A stretch of 63,488 nucleotides of DNA, the filler included, from Reclinomonas americana ATCC 50394 (taxonomy: Eukaryota), in assembly GCA_048213135.1 (NCBI GenBank). It is 12 parts of 12 records of this genome, joined end to end, with 100 filler letters (N's around TTAATTAATTAA, not from the genome) between each part and the next. Parts side by side here need not be neighbours in the genome. Positions count along the whole stretch, not along the records: positions 1 to 20,927 come from AFZH01017782.1; 11 more parts are not named here. One strand, given 5' to 3'. The translations under genes and the position numbers were made by a program. Every line of letters starts with the position of its first letter. Positions within the stretch are counted from its first letter, which is position 1. Positions 1-11,600 of the stretch are shown piece after piece. Below the pieces are notes generated by a model, which saw nothing but the letters and a program-made list of their open reading frames with translations, was not told the origin of the DNA and did no database searches.

Positions 1-46
1 TACCGCGACCGACGTGGCGAGTCGTCACATTAGTCCGTCCTTCGTT

Positions 47-89
47 CGTAACTAACTTCGTATAGCATACATATACGTAAGTAGTACGA
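47..89. other. Degenerate copy of the 454 Titanium paired-end (loxP-containing) linker; sequencing/assembly artefact
   Basis: cgtaactaacttcgtatagcatacatatacgtaagtagtacga aligns, with a few indels, to CGTAATAACTTCGTATAGCATACATTATACGAAGTTATACGA (loxP core). It lies at the window edge beside a (GAA)n tract. Confidence 0.8.
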
Positions 90-146
90 GAAGAAGAAGA
101 AGAAGAAGAAGAAGAAGAAGAAGAAGAAGAAGAAGAAGAAGAAGAA
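89..146. repeat. (GAA)n microsatellite
   Basis: Perfect GAA run decaying into purine-rich sequence to about 270. Confidence 0.95.
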
Positions 147-320
147 GGAGAGGAGAAGAACAAGAACAAGAAGAAGAAAGAAGTCGCTGAGGAGGACAAG
201 GAGAAGAGGAACAAGATCAAATTCAAGAAGAACGAGGAGAACGAGCACGGGAGGAAGAAGGAGAGGACGATGCTGCGGATCAAGAGAAGCAGGCACTGAG
301 CATCAAGGAGAGAGACGCAC

Positions 321-650
321 CGGTCGTGTCCGCGGAGACACCATTGTCGACGACGAAGCCGACGATGCCGGTGCCTTGGCTGAAGATGCCGGCGCCTTGG
401 CCACCGATCGCGACACAGGACTACGCCCAGCCGCCGCCGCAGTCGCAGTACTCGGTCTCGCACCTCCACCTCGCACAGTCGTCGTCGCAGCAGCAGCAGC
501 ACGCGCAGTGCCCGGTCTGCCTCCCACCTGCGACGAGCGACCACCTCGTGGAGTTGTCTCAGTCGAGGTGGCCGTGGAAGACGACGATGACGTGGCCTTG
601 GTCGCCTCGGCATTCCACTTGGGCAACAGCTGACTCTTGTACGACGCCAT
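321..650 (-). CDS. First exon of a hypothetical low-complexity (Ser/Ala/Thr-rich) protein; the rest lies outside the window
   Basis: ATG at 650 (MASYKSQLLPKW...). The ORF runs into a GTGCGT donor at about 320. Head-to-head with the zinc-finger gene. Confidence 0.5.
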
Positions 651-1036
651 CCCTGCCTGCCTCTGCGTGCACTTCGGAGACGCGGAATATCAAGAGAGGA
701 AAGTCAGTGGCGATTCGCAATCACATGAGAGACACAGAGAGTGGGCGTGGTTGTGCATAGAGAGTAAGATACGCACACGAGCGAGTGCACAGCAGACAAG
801 GAGAGTGAGAAGAGTGTGCGCGTTGTCATGGTACAATGGCGCGCTCGTGCGGGCCCGCTTCTCACTCTCACACTCACACACACACGCGCACTCATTGCGC
901 CTTGCTACAGTGCACATACATAGAGCAAGAGATGCGACTCACCCCACACACAATGATCACGGTTGCGTTCACCACTCCAATCCAATCAACCAGCAATCCT
1001 GTATCTCTCTACTCACAATCATCTTTTTTTCTGACA

Positions 1037-2546
1037 ATGGAGAGTGCGTCGCTCATGCCGCCTCCACCTGCGCTTCCGCCTGTGCGATTCACACGCATCG
1101 AAGTCGACGGAATGATCAGCGCAAGCGAGTCGGGATTCTCATCTTCCGCCGATTGCTCAGAAGACGATGAAGAGGACGACGCGCCTGCCTCACTGTCATC
1201 AGTGACGACAACTGCCGTGACAAGAGCAAGTGGAGATGACGCAGACAGGTGAGCAAGGAAGAGGTCTTTTGTGCGCCATGTGCGCATTCACATCATCCAC
1301 TTTTTTTCTCTCTTTTGTGTAGAACGTGTGCCATTTGTCAGCGGAGGTTCACCAAACCCGCGCGTCTTCAGCGTCACATGCTGGTGCACACGGGCGAGCG
1401 ACCACACGCGTGTCCTCATGAGGGATGTGAGAAGAGATTCCGGCGATTGCATCACGTGCAGAGGCATGTTCGATCGGCGCACACGGGCGAGCGACCGTTC
1501 GCGTGCACAGTGGAGGCGTGTGTGTCGCGTTTTGCACATGCGCATCATTTGCGGCGACACATGCAACAGGTGCATGGTGTGAAGAAGGAGGAGGACGACA
1601 CGCAGCGGGACAAGTCGGTGATTGGCGAGGTGTGCGATGATCGGCTGCAGTGCGACGAGTGTGGGCGACAGTTTGCCAAGAAGAAGGATCTGCGAGTGCA
1701 TCAGCGCGATGAGCATTTGCGCAATGAGTGTGGAGTGTGTCATCGGCGATTTGCGACGCCGTCCAAGCTGCGACGGCATGCGGAGATTCATGATGCGACG
1801 TTGTTGCGGCACTTTTGCACGCAGTGTGGCGAGGGATTCCATGCGTATCGCCAGCTGCAGGCGCACACGCGGGAGGCGCATGGAGCGAGGCAACCGCGGC
1901 CGCGAAAGCGGACTGCCGAGGAGATGGGAGACGAGGACGAGGAGGGAGAGCGGGAGCTTCTCGCTGGCGTCATGGTGGTGGATAGTCAGCGTGTGGCATG
2001 CCCCTATCCAGGTGAGGCTGTTGGAGCATGAGGATGAGGAGAGCGACGCGGCGTGCTGACCAACAGGAATGCTGCATTGCAGGGTGCGACAAGACGTACA
2101 GCAAGCAGAGCAACCTCAACGCGCACATTCGCGCCAATCACCTGGCGGAGAGGCCGCACACGTGCTCCGTGTGCCAGACAGCCTTTGCGCACAAGCATCT
2201 GCTGGCGCGTCACATGCGGACTCATCGCGAGGCACCAGCAGCCGCAGCAGCAGCAGCAGCAGCAGCAGCTCCGCCACTTTCGATCGACATGTCGGTGGTG
2301 CTGGCGGCCTCACGCAGCACCGCAGCCACCGATGCAGTCGCTATGCCACCACCTCCCCTGCTGCTGCCGGTGGCAGTCGAGTCGCCGGCCACCAAACGTC
2401 GACGCACGTCAGCAGCTGCGATCATGTCGCCGATCTCTCCGCTGCCGCCGAGCATGGCCTTCGACATGGAGGTGTTTGCTAATGCGCGGGCGCGCATGGA
2501 TGAGGCTCTCGCGCAGCAGCTGTTGCCGAGGTCCACGACCACATGA
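1037..2546 (+). CDS. C2H2 zinc-finger protein, TFIIIA-like (8 fingers; 3 exons 1037-1248, 1323-2011, 2083-2546)
   Basis: Fingers CAIC..HMLVH-TGERP, CPHEGC..HVRSAH-TGERP, CTVEAC, CDEC, CGVC, CTQC, then spliced CPYPGCDKTYSKQSNLNAHIRANH and CSVC..HMRTH. GT-AG introns restore the frame. The first and last finger pairs resemble TFIIIA. Confidence 0.8.
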
Positions 2547-2607
2547 ACTTCACATGTCCTAGTTTCACGATTCTTCTTCTTCGTTACTCTGTGAGAGCAA
2601 AGACAGT

Positions 2608-4142
2608 ATGAGTGGCGGTCGCGATCCTTATAGCTGTGCACGAGAGGCCAGTGAGGACGATCATCATCACCATCATCATCACGGGGACGCAGGGCATGTT
2701 TGTGATGGAACTTGTGACCACGATCACGGCGATGGTGAGCGCGGTTTACACAACGCACACTCTCAGAGACAGAGAGAGTGTGTGTGTGTGTGTGTGTGTG
2801 CGTGTACATGAGAGACTTCAGCTTGCGCGCATGTGAGCATTGCTCGGAATGAGTTGTCTCAAGATCAAATGTGCTTGTCGATGATAATAGCTGGAGAAGG
2901 TCAGGAAGACACACTGTTCAGTGTGATGGACTTGGATCGCATTCGAGCGATGAATGTGCAGGATGATGAGGATGGAGCGCGACGTGTCTTCAAGCCGTGG
3001 TACAAGAGGAGAGATCGCACGGAGGTGTGGAATGGATCTTCGACTTGTCTCCCTTCTCCTCCTCCCCTCTGCTCCTTCCTCCTCGTGTTCTCTTTCTTCG
3101 TTGGTATCGTCTTCCTTTTCCCCTTCTCCTGTATCTCCTCTTCTCCTTATGCTACTTCCTCTCCTCTCCCCACCTCTCCTCCGCATGCTCTTCGTCTTGC
3201 GTGTCATCATCATCTCCTTCTTCTTCTTCGTTATCATCATCTTCCTCTCCTCTCCTTCTCCTCTCCTCTCCTCACCTCTCCTTTCCTCTCCTTTCCTCTC
3301 TTTTTCCTCTCCTTTTCCTCTCCTTTTCCTCTCCTCTCCTCTGCTTCTCCTCTCCTCTCCCCTCCTCTCCTCTCCTCTTCACCCTTTCCCTTCACCCTCT
3401 CCTCTCCTCTCCTCTCCTCTCCTCTCCTCTCCTCTCCTCTCCTCTCCTCTCCTTTCCTTCTCCTCACCTCTCCTGTTCCTCTCCTTTTCCTCTCTTTTCC
3501 TCTCCTCTCCTCTGCTTCTCCTCTCCTCTCCTCTTCAACCTCTCCTCTCCTCACCCTTCCCCCTTTATCCCCCTTTATCCCCCTTTATCCCCCTTTATCC
3601 CCTTCATTCCCTTTGTTTCAGTTCATGGAGAGCGACGCCGACGACGAGATGTTGATTGTGGTGCCCTTCACCTCCGCCGTCAAGCTCAAGAAGATCGTGA
3701 TCCTGGCCGACGACGGCGGCGCCTCCCCCGACAAGGTCAAGCTGTTTGTCAATCGCGAAGGCATTGATTTTGACGATGCGCAAGCCCTGGAGCCGGCGCA
3801 GACGATTGAGCTGGCGCGCACCGACGGCCACTCGCCGGCGGTGGAGATCGAGTATCCGACGCGCATTCAGAACTTCCAGACGGTGCACAACTTGACCATG
3901 TTCTTCCAGGGCACGGCCGGCGGTGTGGAGCAGTCGCGCATCTTCTACATTGGCTTCAAGGGCGAGAATACGCAAGTTGCAGCAGCTTGTCATCGTCATC
4001 GTCGCCTTTTTGTCATCACCGTTCACTGACCTCGTGGAAACAGCTGAAGCGCGGCGTGGTGGAAGCCGTGTACGAGGCGCGGGCGCAGTTGTCGGACCAC
4101 AAAGTGCGTGGTGAATCGTCCGGCAGCCGCACAGTCAACTAG
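2608..4142 (+). CDS. PITHD1: PITH domain-containing protein (4 exons)
   Basis: His-rich N-terminus, VFKPW, ESDADDEMLIVVPFTSAVKLKKI, KLFVNREGIDFDDA, IFYIGFKGE, and final exon LKRGVVEAVYEARAQLSDHK...TAG at 4142. Confidence 0.88.
3244..3610. repeat. Intronic pyrimidine-rich (CTCTC)n / (CCCCTTTATC)n low-complexity tract
   Basis: Visible directly. It lies inside the PITHD1 intron (3025-3621). Confidence 0.9.
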
Positions 4143-4243
4143 ATCACCCGAGTAAAAAAGGCCAGAGGATGTGTGCGTATTAATTGAATATTGATATTTC
4201 TCCTGCAAAGGAGAGAGCACACATTCCCGTACACACACACGCT

Positions 4244-5498
4244 TCAGCTGCGTTTTGAGGACATCATCTTCCAGTCGCCCGACAGATGAACCGTGTTGCG
4301 CACGAGCATGACAAAGGCGTTGACGTCGACCAGACGCATCAGCAGGCGCATAAAGAACGTGAACACGCCAGTGTCGAGCCACGTCATGTGCGACACGCTG
4401 CGCAGCACCACATCGGCGACCTCGTCGGGCGTGTTGGCCATGGCCACTGTCGCCGGAAGAAAAGGTCAGACAATGCTGATCGTCGACAAACATGCAGGGG
4501 TGTGCGTGTGGAGACGCAACAGAACGGCTTGAAGGAGCCGAGCTGCGGCACACTGCCGCTGACGTTGCTGGTGTAGAAATTGGTGGCCATCGGACCCGGC
4601 TGCACGCTCATCACATCGATGCCATACGGTGCCGCCTCGGTGGCCAGCGAAGCCGCGAATGCCGAGATCAAGGCCTTGCCCGACGAGTACATGCTCTGCG
4701 CGGGCGCCGGGAACAGCGCACCCGCCGACGACGTGAACACGAACGCGCCTCGCAGCTTCTTCTCAACCAGGCGCGAGTAGAAGACATGCGTGAGGCGAAT
4801 GCCGGCCACCACATTGCACTCGAGGTTCGCCAAGTGCCTCTCCAGCGAGTGATTGGCAAACGTGCCAATCAGCACGTAGCCGGCGTTGTTAAACACGACC
4901 TGCACGTCAATGTCCGCCGTCGCCTCGGCCACGACCTTGTCGTACTCACCGCGACACAGATCGACGCCCACTGTGCGGAACTCCTGCTGCGGGAACTCAT
5001 CGCGCAGGGCGGTCGCGGTGTTGTGCAGCAGCGGGTCATCGAGTGCCACCAGCACCACATTGAGGCCTTGCTGGGCGACTCCGCGAGCAAGTGCTGCGCC
5101 CACGCCGGAGCTGGCTCCGGTGACCAGTGCCCACTTGGCACCGTAGCGGCGACGCAGGTCGGTGCGCGTGAACACAAAGTGCGCGGCGAACTCCATCACG
5201 AGGTAGTACGTGGCCGTCCACAGGAAGATGGCACCGATCCACTGGGCGACCAGTGAGGCCATGGATGCATCGTGATGGTGATGGTGATGGTGAGCGTGCT
5301 CATCAGCGTGTGAGTGACCGCGGGTGGCGCACCATGCAGAGCAGGCTGCAATGCGTGCGTGTGTGTGAGAAGTGGTGGGGAAATGTCGTGCACGCAAAGA
5401 AACGCGACGCAACTGGCGGCCCAGGCGAGGTAGCCGACAAAGCTGACAATCGCCACGGAGGTCGGGAAGCGGAAGGACCACTTGCTGAGGAAGGCCAT
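4244..5498 (-). CDS. Short-chain dehydrogenase/reductase, 17-beta-HSD / very-long-chain 3-ketoacyl-CoA reductase-like, N-terminal hydrophobic segments
   Basis: WALVTGASSGVG (TGxxxGxG), VFNNAG, TSS, YSSGK (YxxxK), VQPGPMAT. Spliced; stop at 4244. Confidence 0.9.
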
Positions 5499-5648
5499 TG
5501 CGAACGGAGAAAGAAAGAGGAGGGTGAGAAGTTTTCGCAGGACGACGGTCACCTCTCTGCGACGTCGACTTGGAATTGGCGTGTTGCTTGCAAAACAAAC
5601 TCCTTTTCCTTTACAACTATGTTATCTACAACACACTGTGAAAAAATA

Positions 5649-8600
5649 TTACAAGGCGACGCGGCCGCCGAGCATGGCCACGCGAGAAAGCATTTTTCGC
5701 GGGTCTCCGCCGCCGCCACCACCGATGGCGACAACGCCACCTGAGCGCCGTCTGGCTCGCAGAATGTCGCTGCCGGCTGCGTCGCTGAGCGGGATTGAGG
5801 ATTTCCGGTACGGCACCGATGTCGGTGGCGAGTCGGCGACGACCTCACGCAACACGTAGACGGCAGGCGGGCGTGTGGACTCGTCGTCGTCCTCATCATC
5901 GTCTTCCTCCTCCCCCTCGCCGTGGTCTACGCTGTGCAAGCTGGTGTGATCGATGCGGTGCTCGGTCGGCGTGACGTCGTCGTCGAGAACGTCGCCATGG
6001 GCCGACACCACCGACATGCGTCGTGCACTGCGGTGGCTGCCACCGCTCGTGTCGCGATCCATGGACAGGTCGAGGGCGCGCATGCCGAGCGTGTCGTGCA
6101 TCACCATCATCGCCGAGGAGTCGTCGGGTGGTGACAAGTGGCCGGTGGGAGGCATGACCGGTGGCACGCGGCCGCTGTTGGAGTGTGCCAGCGATGATGT
6201 TCCGACGCCGACACCAACGCCGCTGCTTCCCGGCGTGCCATTCGTTGGCATGGCTCCAGCAGCCGCCACCACGGCGGCCATGGTCGCAGCGTCCAAAGTT
6301 TTCGACACACGGCGACGGCGACTTGGCGACAACTCAAAGTCGTCGACCATGGCACGCAACGAGTGACTGGCTTTCGGCGAGGCGCGATAGTCGCGTGCAC
6401 GCAGTGACGACGGCGACTGCGGGCTGTGCTCGATGGAGCCCATGGAGCCGAGACTGTGAATGCCCGACGAGCCGTTCAGCTGCGCCGGTGGCGACGTGAA
6501 CAGCGCCGCGCGCACAGTGGCCGGCACACCAATCTCCAGCGGTGGCGGAGGTGCGCGCCGAATGCTGCCCACTCGCTGATGCTGCTTCTGCGGCGTGAAC
6601 GCGTCAAACTGCGGCTGTGGCGGATGTCGCTCGCCACCTCCGCGACCGCGGTCCCTCGTCGCCTTCCACTCGTGACTGCCAACACGTGCCGGAGCATACG
6701 AGTCCGGGTGTGGTGCCGGCTGATCTCTGGCGGCGGCGCCTGCTTCCGGACTCATCAGCAGCGCATTGCCGTTGCCGTTACCGTCGCCCCCACCACCCAC
6801 TGCCGCCGGCGCCTCCGTTTGTTGCGACTGTCGCCGCAAGAGGACGCGGCGACTCTTGATGGCCACCACACGGCTGGCATTCGGCAACGAGGGGCGTGAG
6901 CGCGCCAAGGCGGCCGCCACCACCGCCGGGTTCACCTCGGATGGCGACAGCACCGGCGAGGCGACCGACATGTGCAGACCGCGCGGTCCCGCAGCCGGCG
7001 ACAGCACCGTCCACCGCATGTCCGTGGCCTCGTCGGCGTACTCGACCTCGTCGTACTCTTCGTACTCGGATTCAACCGTCACTGGCGACACATCGTTGAC
7101 GGGCGAGTAGGGTGCTCGTGTCGGAATCGGCGAGGCCAATGGTGGTGGCACCGCGGCACGACCTGTTGCACCTTCACCATCGTCGTCATCATCGTGGGTC
7201 GACGGAGGCTTGCAGAACAAGAAGCACGTCAGTCGTGCCAGCCACGTTGGTGCAGTGGCGCAGCGACACTCGGCCTGTTGTGCCATGTCGGGCGTCGGTG
7301 CTGGTGGGGCTGTTGGCAGTGGCGCTGCTGCAGCAGTAGAAGAAGAGGCGGCAGTCTCCGCACCCTGCCGCGTGACCAGCTCGTACGCGCGTGACCTGTC
7401 GGCCAGTGCGCGCTCATGCACTGCCATGTGCTCCTCGGCAGAGCGCCCTCTCCTTGAGTTGCCGGCCACCAGCGCGGCGGAGCGATTCGCCAGCGGCATG
7501 CCGTACACACTGGCGCCGTGACCGCCGTGGCTCTTTCGTAGCGGCGACACCAACGGCGGCAGGTCCGCATCGCTGCCACTGGATCCACTCTGCGTGGATG
7601 GTCGCCGAGGCTCTGAACGCACAGCCGGCGCTGGTGGTTGACTCGGCGTGCCGTTCAACGTCGGCTGCGGTGAATAACCGTCGACGGCGTTGGCCAGCGC
7701 AAGCACCGCCTCGGCGCTGCTGGCCGACGACAGCTCACCAGGCGAGTGACTGTGCGTTGGAGGAAGAATGTTGAGGAGATGTAAGCAGGGAAGGTAAACA
7801 AGGCGAGGGCGCACGCACGTGGGGCGTCCAAGCGAGCGACGATTGACGGGTCTCTTCCGTGCAGTGACCTGCAACTTGTCCACGCCGCCACTCTCCTCGT
7901 CGTCTGCAACGCACAACACACAATGAGTCTTCACGAAAAGGGACAAGACTGCACGAGTCGAAGCAAGGGCACGCAACCGAGCATCGAGTAGAGCGCATTG
8001 GCCGAGTCGCATGTGAAGCGCGCAAATGTCTCCAGACTGACCGCACCGAGTGGCAGTCGCACATTGCCCTCCTTGTCGAGCCACAAGTGACCGTTCCACG
8101 AAAAGGGCAGCCGATACTTTTTGTACAGGTCGCATGCCGTGAGGTAGATGCGGCGAATCGTGTCGCGCGGCCGGAACTCAGTTAGACGCGCCGGCGCCTT
8201 GAGGGTGCCAGTCAGCAACAATCGACGACAATCCTCGAAGCGTCGTTCTCGGAACGCCGCCAGAGCCTCTTCCAGCTCGTGGTCCTCGCGCATGGGCTCG
8301 TCAGGCAGCCGCTATGTGGGCGAGAGGTGAGGAGCAAGCAGACACACACTCTCTCACTTCTGTCTGCGTCTCACCAATTCGTACAGCGACAGCGGCTCGG
8401 TTCGTCCACTGACAACCACATCGCCGAGGAAACGCTTGGCGTACACATCGCGATCGGGAACGCGGCTGAGCACGTCGCCGGAGACCAACACTTGTGTCGA
8501 AAAGGCCTTGGTCAGGCCCTCTAATCTCGACGCCTGCATCATGTTCTCTTGGTCAGCTCGCAATAGCCAAACCTCATCAATGGCCCTTCCTCTCTCCCCC

Positions 8601-11600
8601 CACTCACCGTGTTGACCGTATCCGCAATCACCGTGCCCTCCATGCGCGCATCGTGACCGATGGTGCCCAACATCACATTGCCGCTGTGGATGCCGATGCC
8701 AATGCCGATCTTGCCGACACCCATGGCGGCTCGCTCCTCGTTGAAGACGCTGAGGACGCGCAGCATGCTTTGAGCGGCCAGCAGAGCGTTCTCCTGCTGC
8801 CGCGGGAAGAGAGCCATGATGGCGTCGCCAATGAACTTGTCGATGAAGCCGTTGGCGTCGGAGATGCACGGCGTCACTCGGCGCAGGAACTCGTTGATGA
8901 ACGCAAAGCTCTCCTCCGGGGTCATGTTCTGCGACAGCCGCGTGAAGCCGCGAATGTCCATGAAGAGCACCTGCCAAAAGTAGAAAATGGTTGAGACTCA
9001 CAAGAAACAAACCCACCGACGCTTCAGAAAAAACATACTCACCGTCATCTCCTTGCTGATGCAGTCGCCCAGGGAGACGTCGGTGACCGACTCCTTACCG
9101 AGCTCACTCAAGAACTGGCGCGGAAGGAAGCGCTCGTAGGCCGCATTGGTGCGCTTCAAGTCCTCGTATAGCTGCGCATTGTCGACCGAGATGCTCACTT
9201 GCGACATGATGGCCTGCAGCAGTGGCAGCCGACTCTCCACAAACGCGCCATCCACACGATTGTTCTCCATGTACACAATGACACGCACGCGGCCCTTGTG
9301 CACCACGGGCAAGCAGATTATGGAGCGCGTCTGCATCGCCTGCACACGAGCTGCATCTTGCGAGTACACGGGATCCCGAGTGGCTGCGATCGAAACAACA
9401 CGGCTGAGATCACGATACGCATAGTCCCCCTAGCAGTGCACTCTGCGCACACTCACCATCACGGATAATCACTGGTTTTCTTGCACGCTCGGCGGTTCGC
9501 ACCACTTGTGTGCACACCAAGTGCGAGGCGGCCTCGCTGGCCAGCGGTGTGCGCGTGGTGGCAGCGGGGTTGAGAGATTGCTGCGACGAGCGGCGCACGT
9601 CGCCAACCGACTCAATGTACAGCTCCTGATCGGCCTTGTCACGCAACAGCATCACGCCCCACTCGGCGCCGGTGTTCTCCATGAGGATGCGAATGACCTT
9701 GTCGAGCAGGTGGTCGAGGCGGATCTCCATCGACACGGCCTGCATGGCCTTCATCACACTCGACAGATCCATGCTCGACGAGATGTCTCCGGCCGACACC
9801 ATCACTCCATGCAGCGCAGCATTGCTGGCCGTGGCCGTCAGTGGTGGCGGCATGAGCGGCGCCATGGCATCGTCGTCCAGAGGAGCAGCCGACTCGAACA
9901 CGGTGTCGTCGCCCGCCGTGCCGCCACCACCACCACCGTGACCGCCACTGCCCGTGAGGTGATTGCCGGTCGAGCCGTGGCCACCAGTGCCGCTGGCGAC
10001 ACTGACAATACTCTGTCGATGAACAGTGGAGCCTGGCATATCGCCGTGGCGCGTGCTGAATGGTTCGCCGAGCCGGAGAATATCGAGACCGCCCGCCATC
10101 GAGTCCTCGGAGGTGAGTGGCGGTGGTGGGAAGCGCGGACTCAGCAACAGTCGTCCCTGGCTGTTGGAGTTGTAGGCTGCGGAAATCAGCAGCCCGCTGT
10201 CCAGCGGTGCCAGTGGCAGCTCCCACGGTCCGTTGGCCAGCACTGCATCGTGGCGATGGTGAGCACTGCTGTGAATCAACAATGGTGATGGCAGTGACGA
10301 CATACCTCTCAAGTTGGGCGCACTCTTCTTCACTTGCACATGCAGTCGCTGCATCGAATCGGCAGGTGTCAGTGTGCCCACGGCGGTCTCCGATGGCGAA
10401 GCACGCGGCGACGGGAGCGGAGTGGATGAGAACATGTGGCGGTAGTGCGAGCTAATGGATCGCACGCGCACGCCGACGCCCAGGAAGGCGTACAGTCGCA
10501 GCGCTTGTCTCGCGTACATTTGCACGAGGTCGGACCCAAAGCCACCGAACTGGCAGTATGCCGTCAGTCGCTCGGTGATGAGGGCACGGAACTGAGAAGC
10601 GAGCGCGAGAAGGTCAGTGATACGACAGTAGAAGTCAGTGAGCGTGTTTCTGTGCTCACCAGAGCAAAATTGCCTCGATGGGCGTCGTTGGCCGCCTTCT
10701 TGTACAGACCGAATGTCTCCACCGTGGCAAAGGAGCGCACCGTCGTCGGCTTGGACACGAGGCTGACACCGACCGAGTCACCGTCTTGTTGTTGAGCTGC
10801 GCCCTCGTCGTAGGCCCGCCGGCACTCGGTCTCCTGCCTGAACGCTTCCTCGGCGGCAGCATAGTCGACCACGTATCTGCCGAAGATGGTGAGATGAGAC
10901 GAGAGGCGAGAGGGGTAAAATAGGCACTCTTGCGCAACTGATAGTTTCCCGGGCTCTGCGCGGCCCACTCGCGAACAGTCTTGAGGCTCGACTCCAGCAC
11001 GCGGCGTGCATCGCGCACCTCGGACGCTGTGAACTGGCGGTTGTCGTCACGAGCGGCACGGGACGACTGCCATTGACTCGTTGCCTCGGTGAATGTGGTT
11101 TCGCCACCAGAAAAGTCGCTGCTCTGCGCCTTGAACATCATGCTCGTGCCGAGTGTGGTGGCCGACGCCAGAACCATCGTGCACACAAACACTTCGAAAA
11201 CAATGAGGAAGTGTGCCGCAGGGAAGCCGCCCCAGGCAAACGCCACCTGCCGCCAAATGTGAGGACGCGCGTATGACAATGTGGATGGGAGTCACCAAAA
11301 TTACGCACCACACGAGCGTCGCGGAGTGAGCGGAAGGCGCCAACGAGATTGCCGCACAAGAATTCGGCCACTCCACGCCACAGCGAGTAACTCATGGTGC
11401 ACATGGGGACGCCGGTCAGCAGGCCCTCGGGAATGAATGCATCCAGTCGCTGAGCCAGCTGAGTAAATGGAGAAACCGATCCGAGGCCCTGTGTTGTGCG
11501 AGCAGTTGAGTCGGCGTTCCAGTGGGTCTTGCAGCGAATGACGCAACGTCTGGCACGAAATCAACGGCCTCGAGTGGCATTTGCAAGTGGCGCACGACCT

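Noticed and set aside
47..89. Biological Cre/lox recombination site
   Set aside because: It includes the linker flanks, sits at an edge next to a microsatellite, and no recombinase is present in the window.
2833..3767. Long L/S/P/F-rich or R/E/G-rich ORFs (also 13393-14467, 42762-43630, 47929-48751, 55478-56634)
   Set aside because: These read through CT/GA low-complexity introns that happen to lack stop codons.
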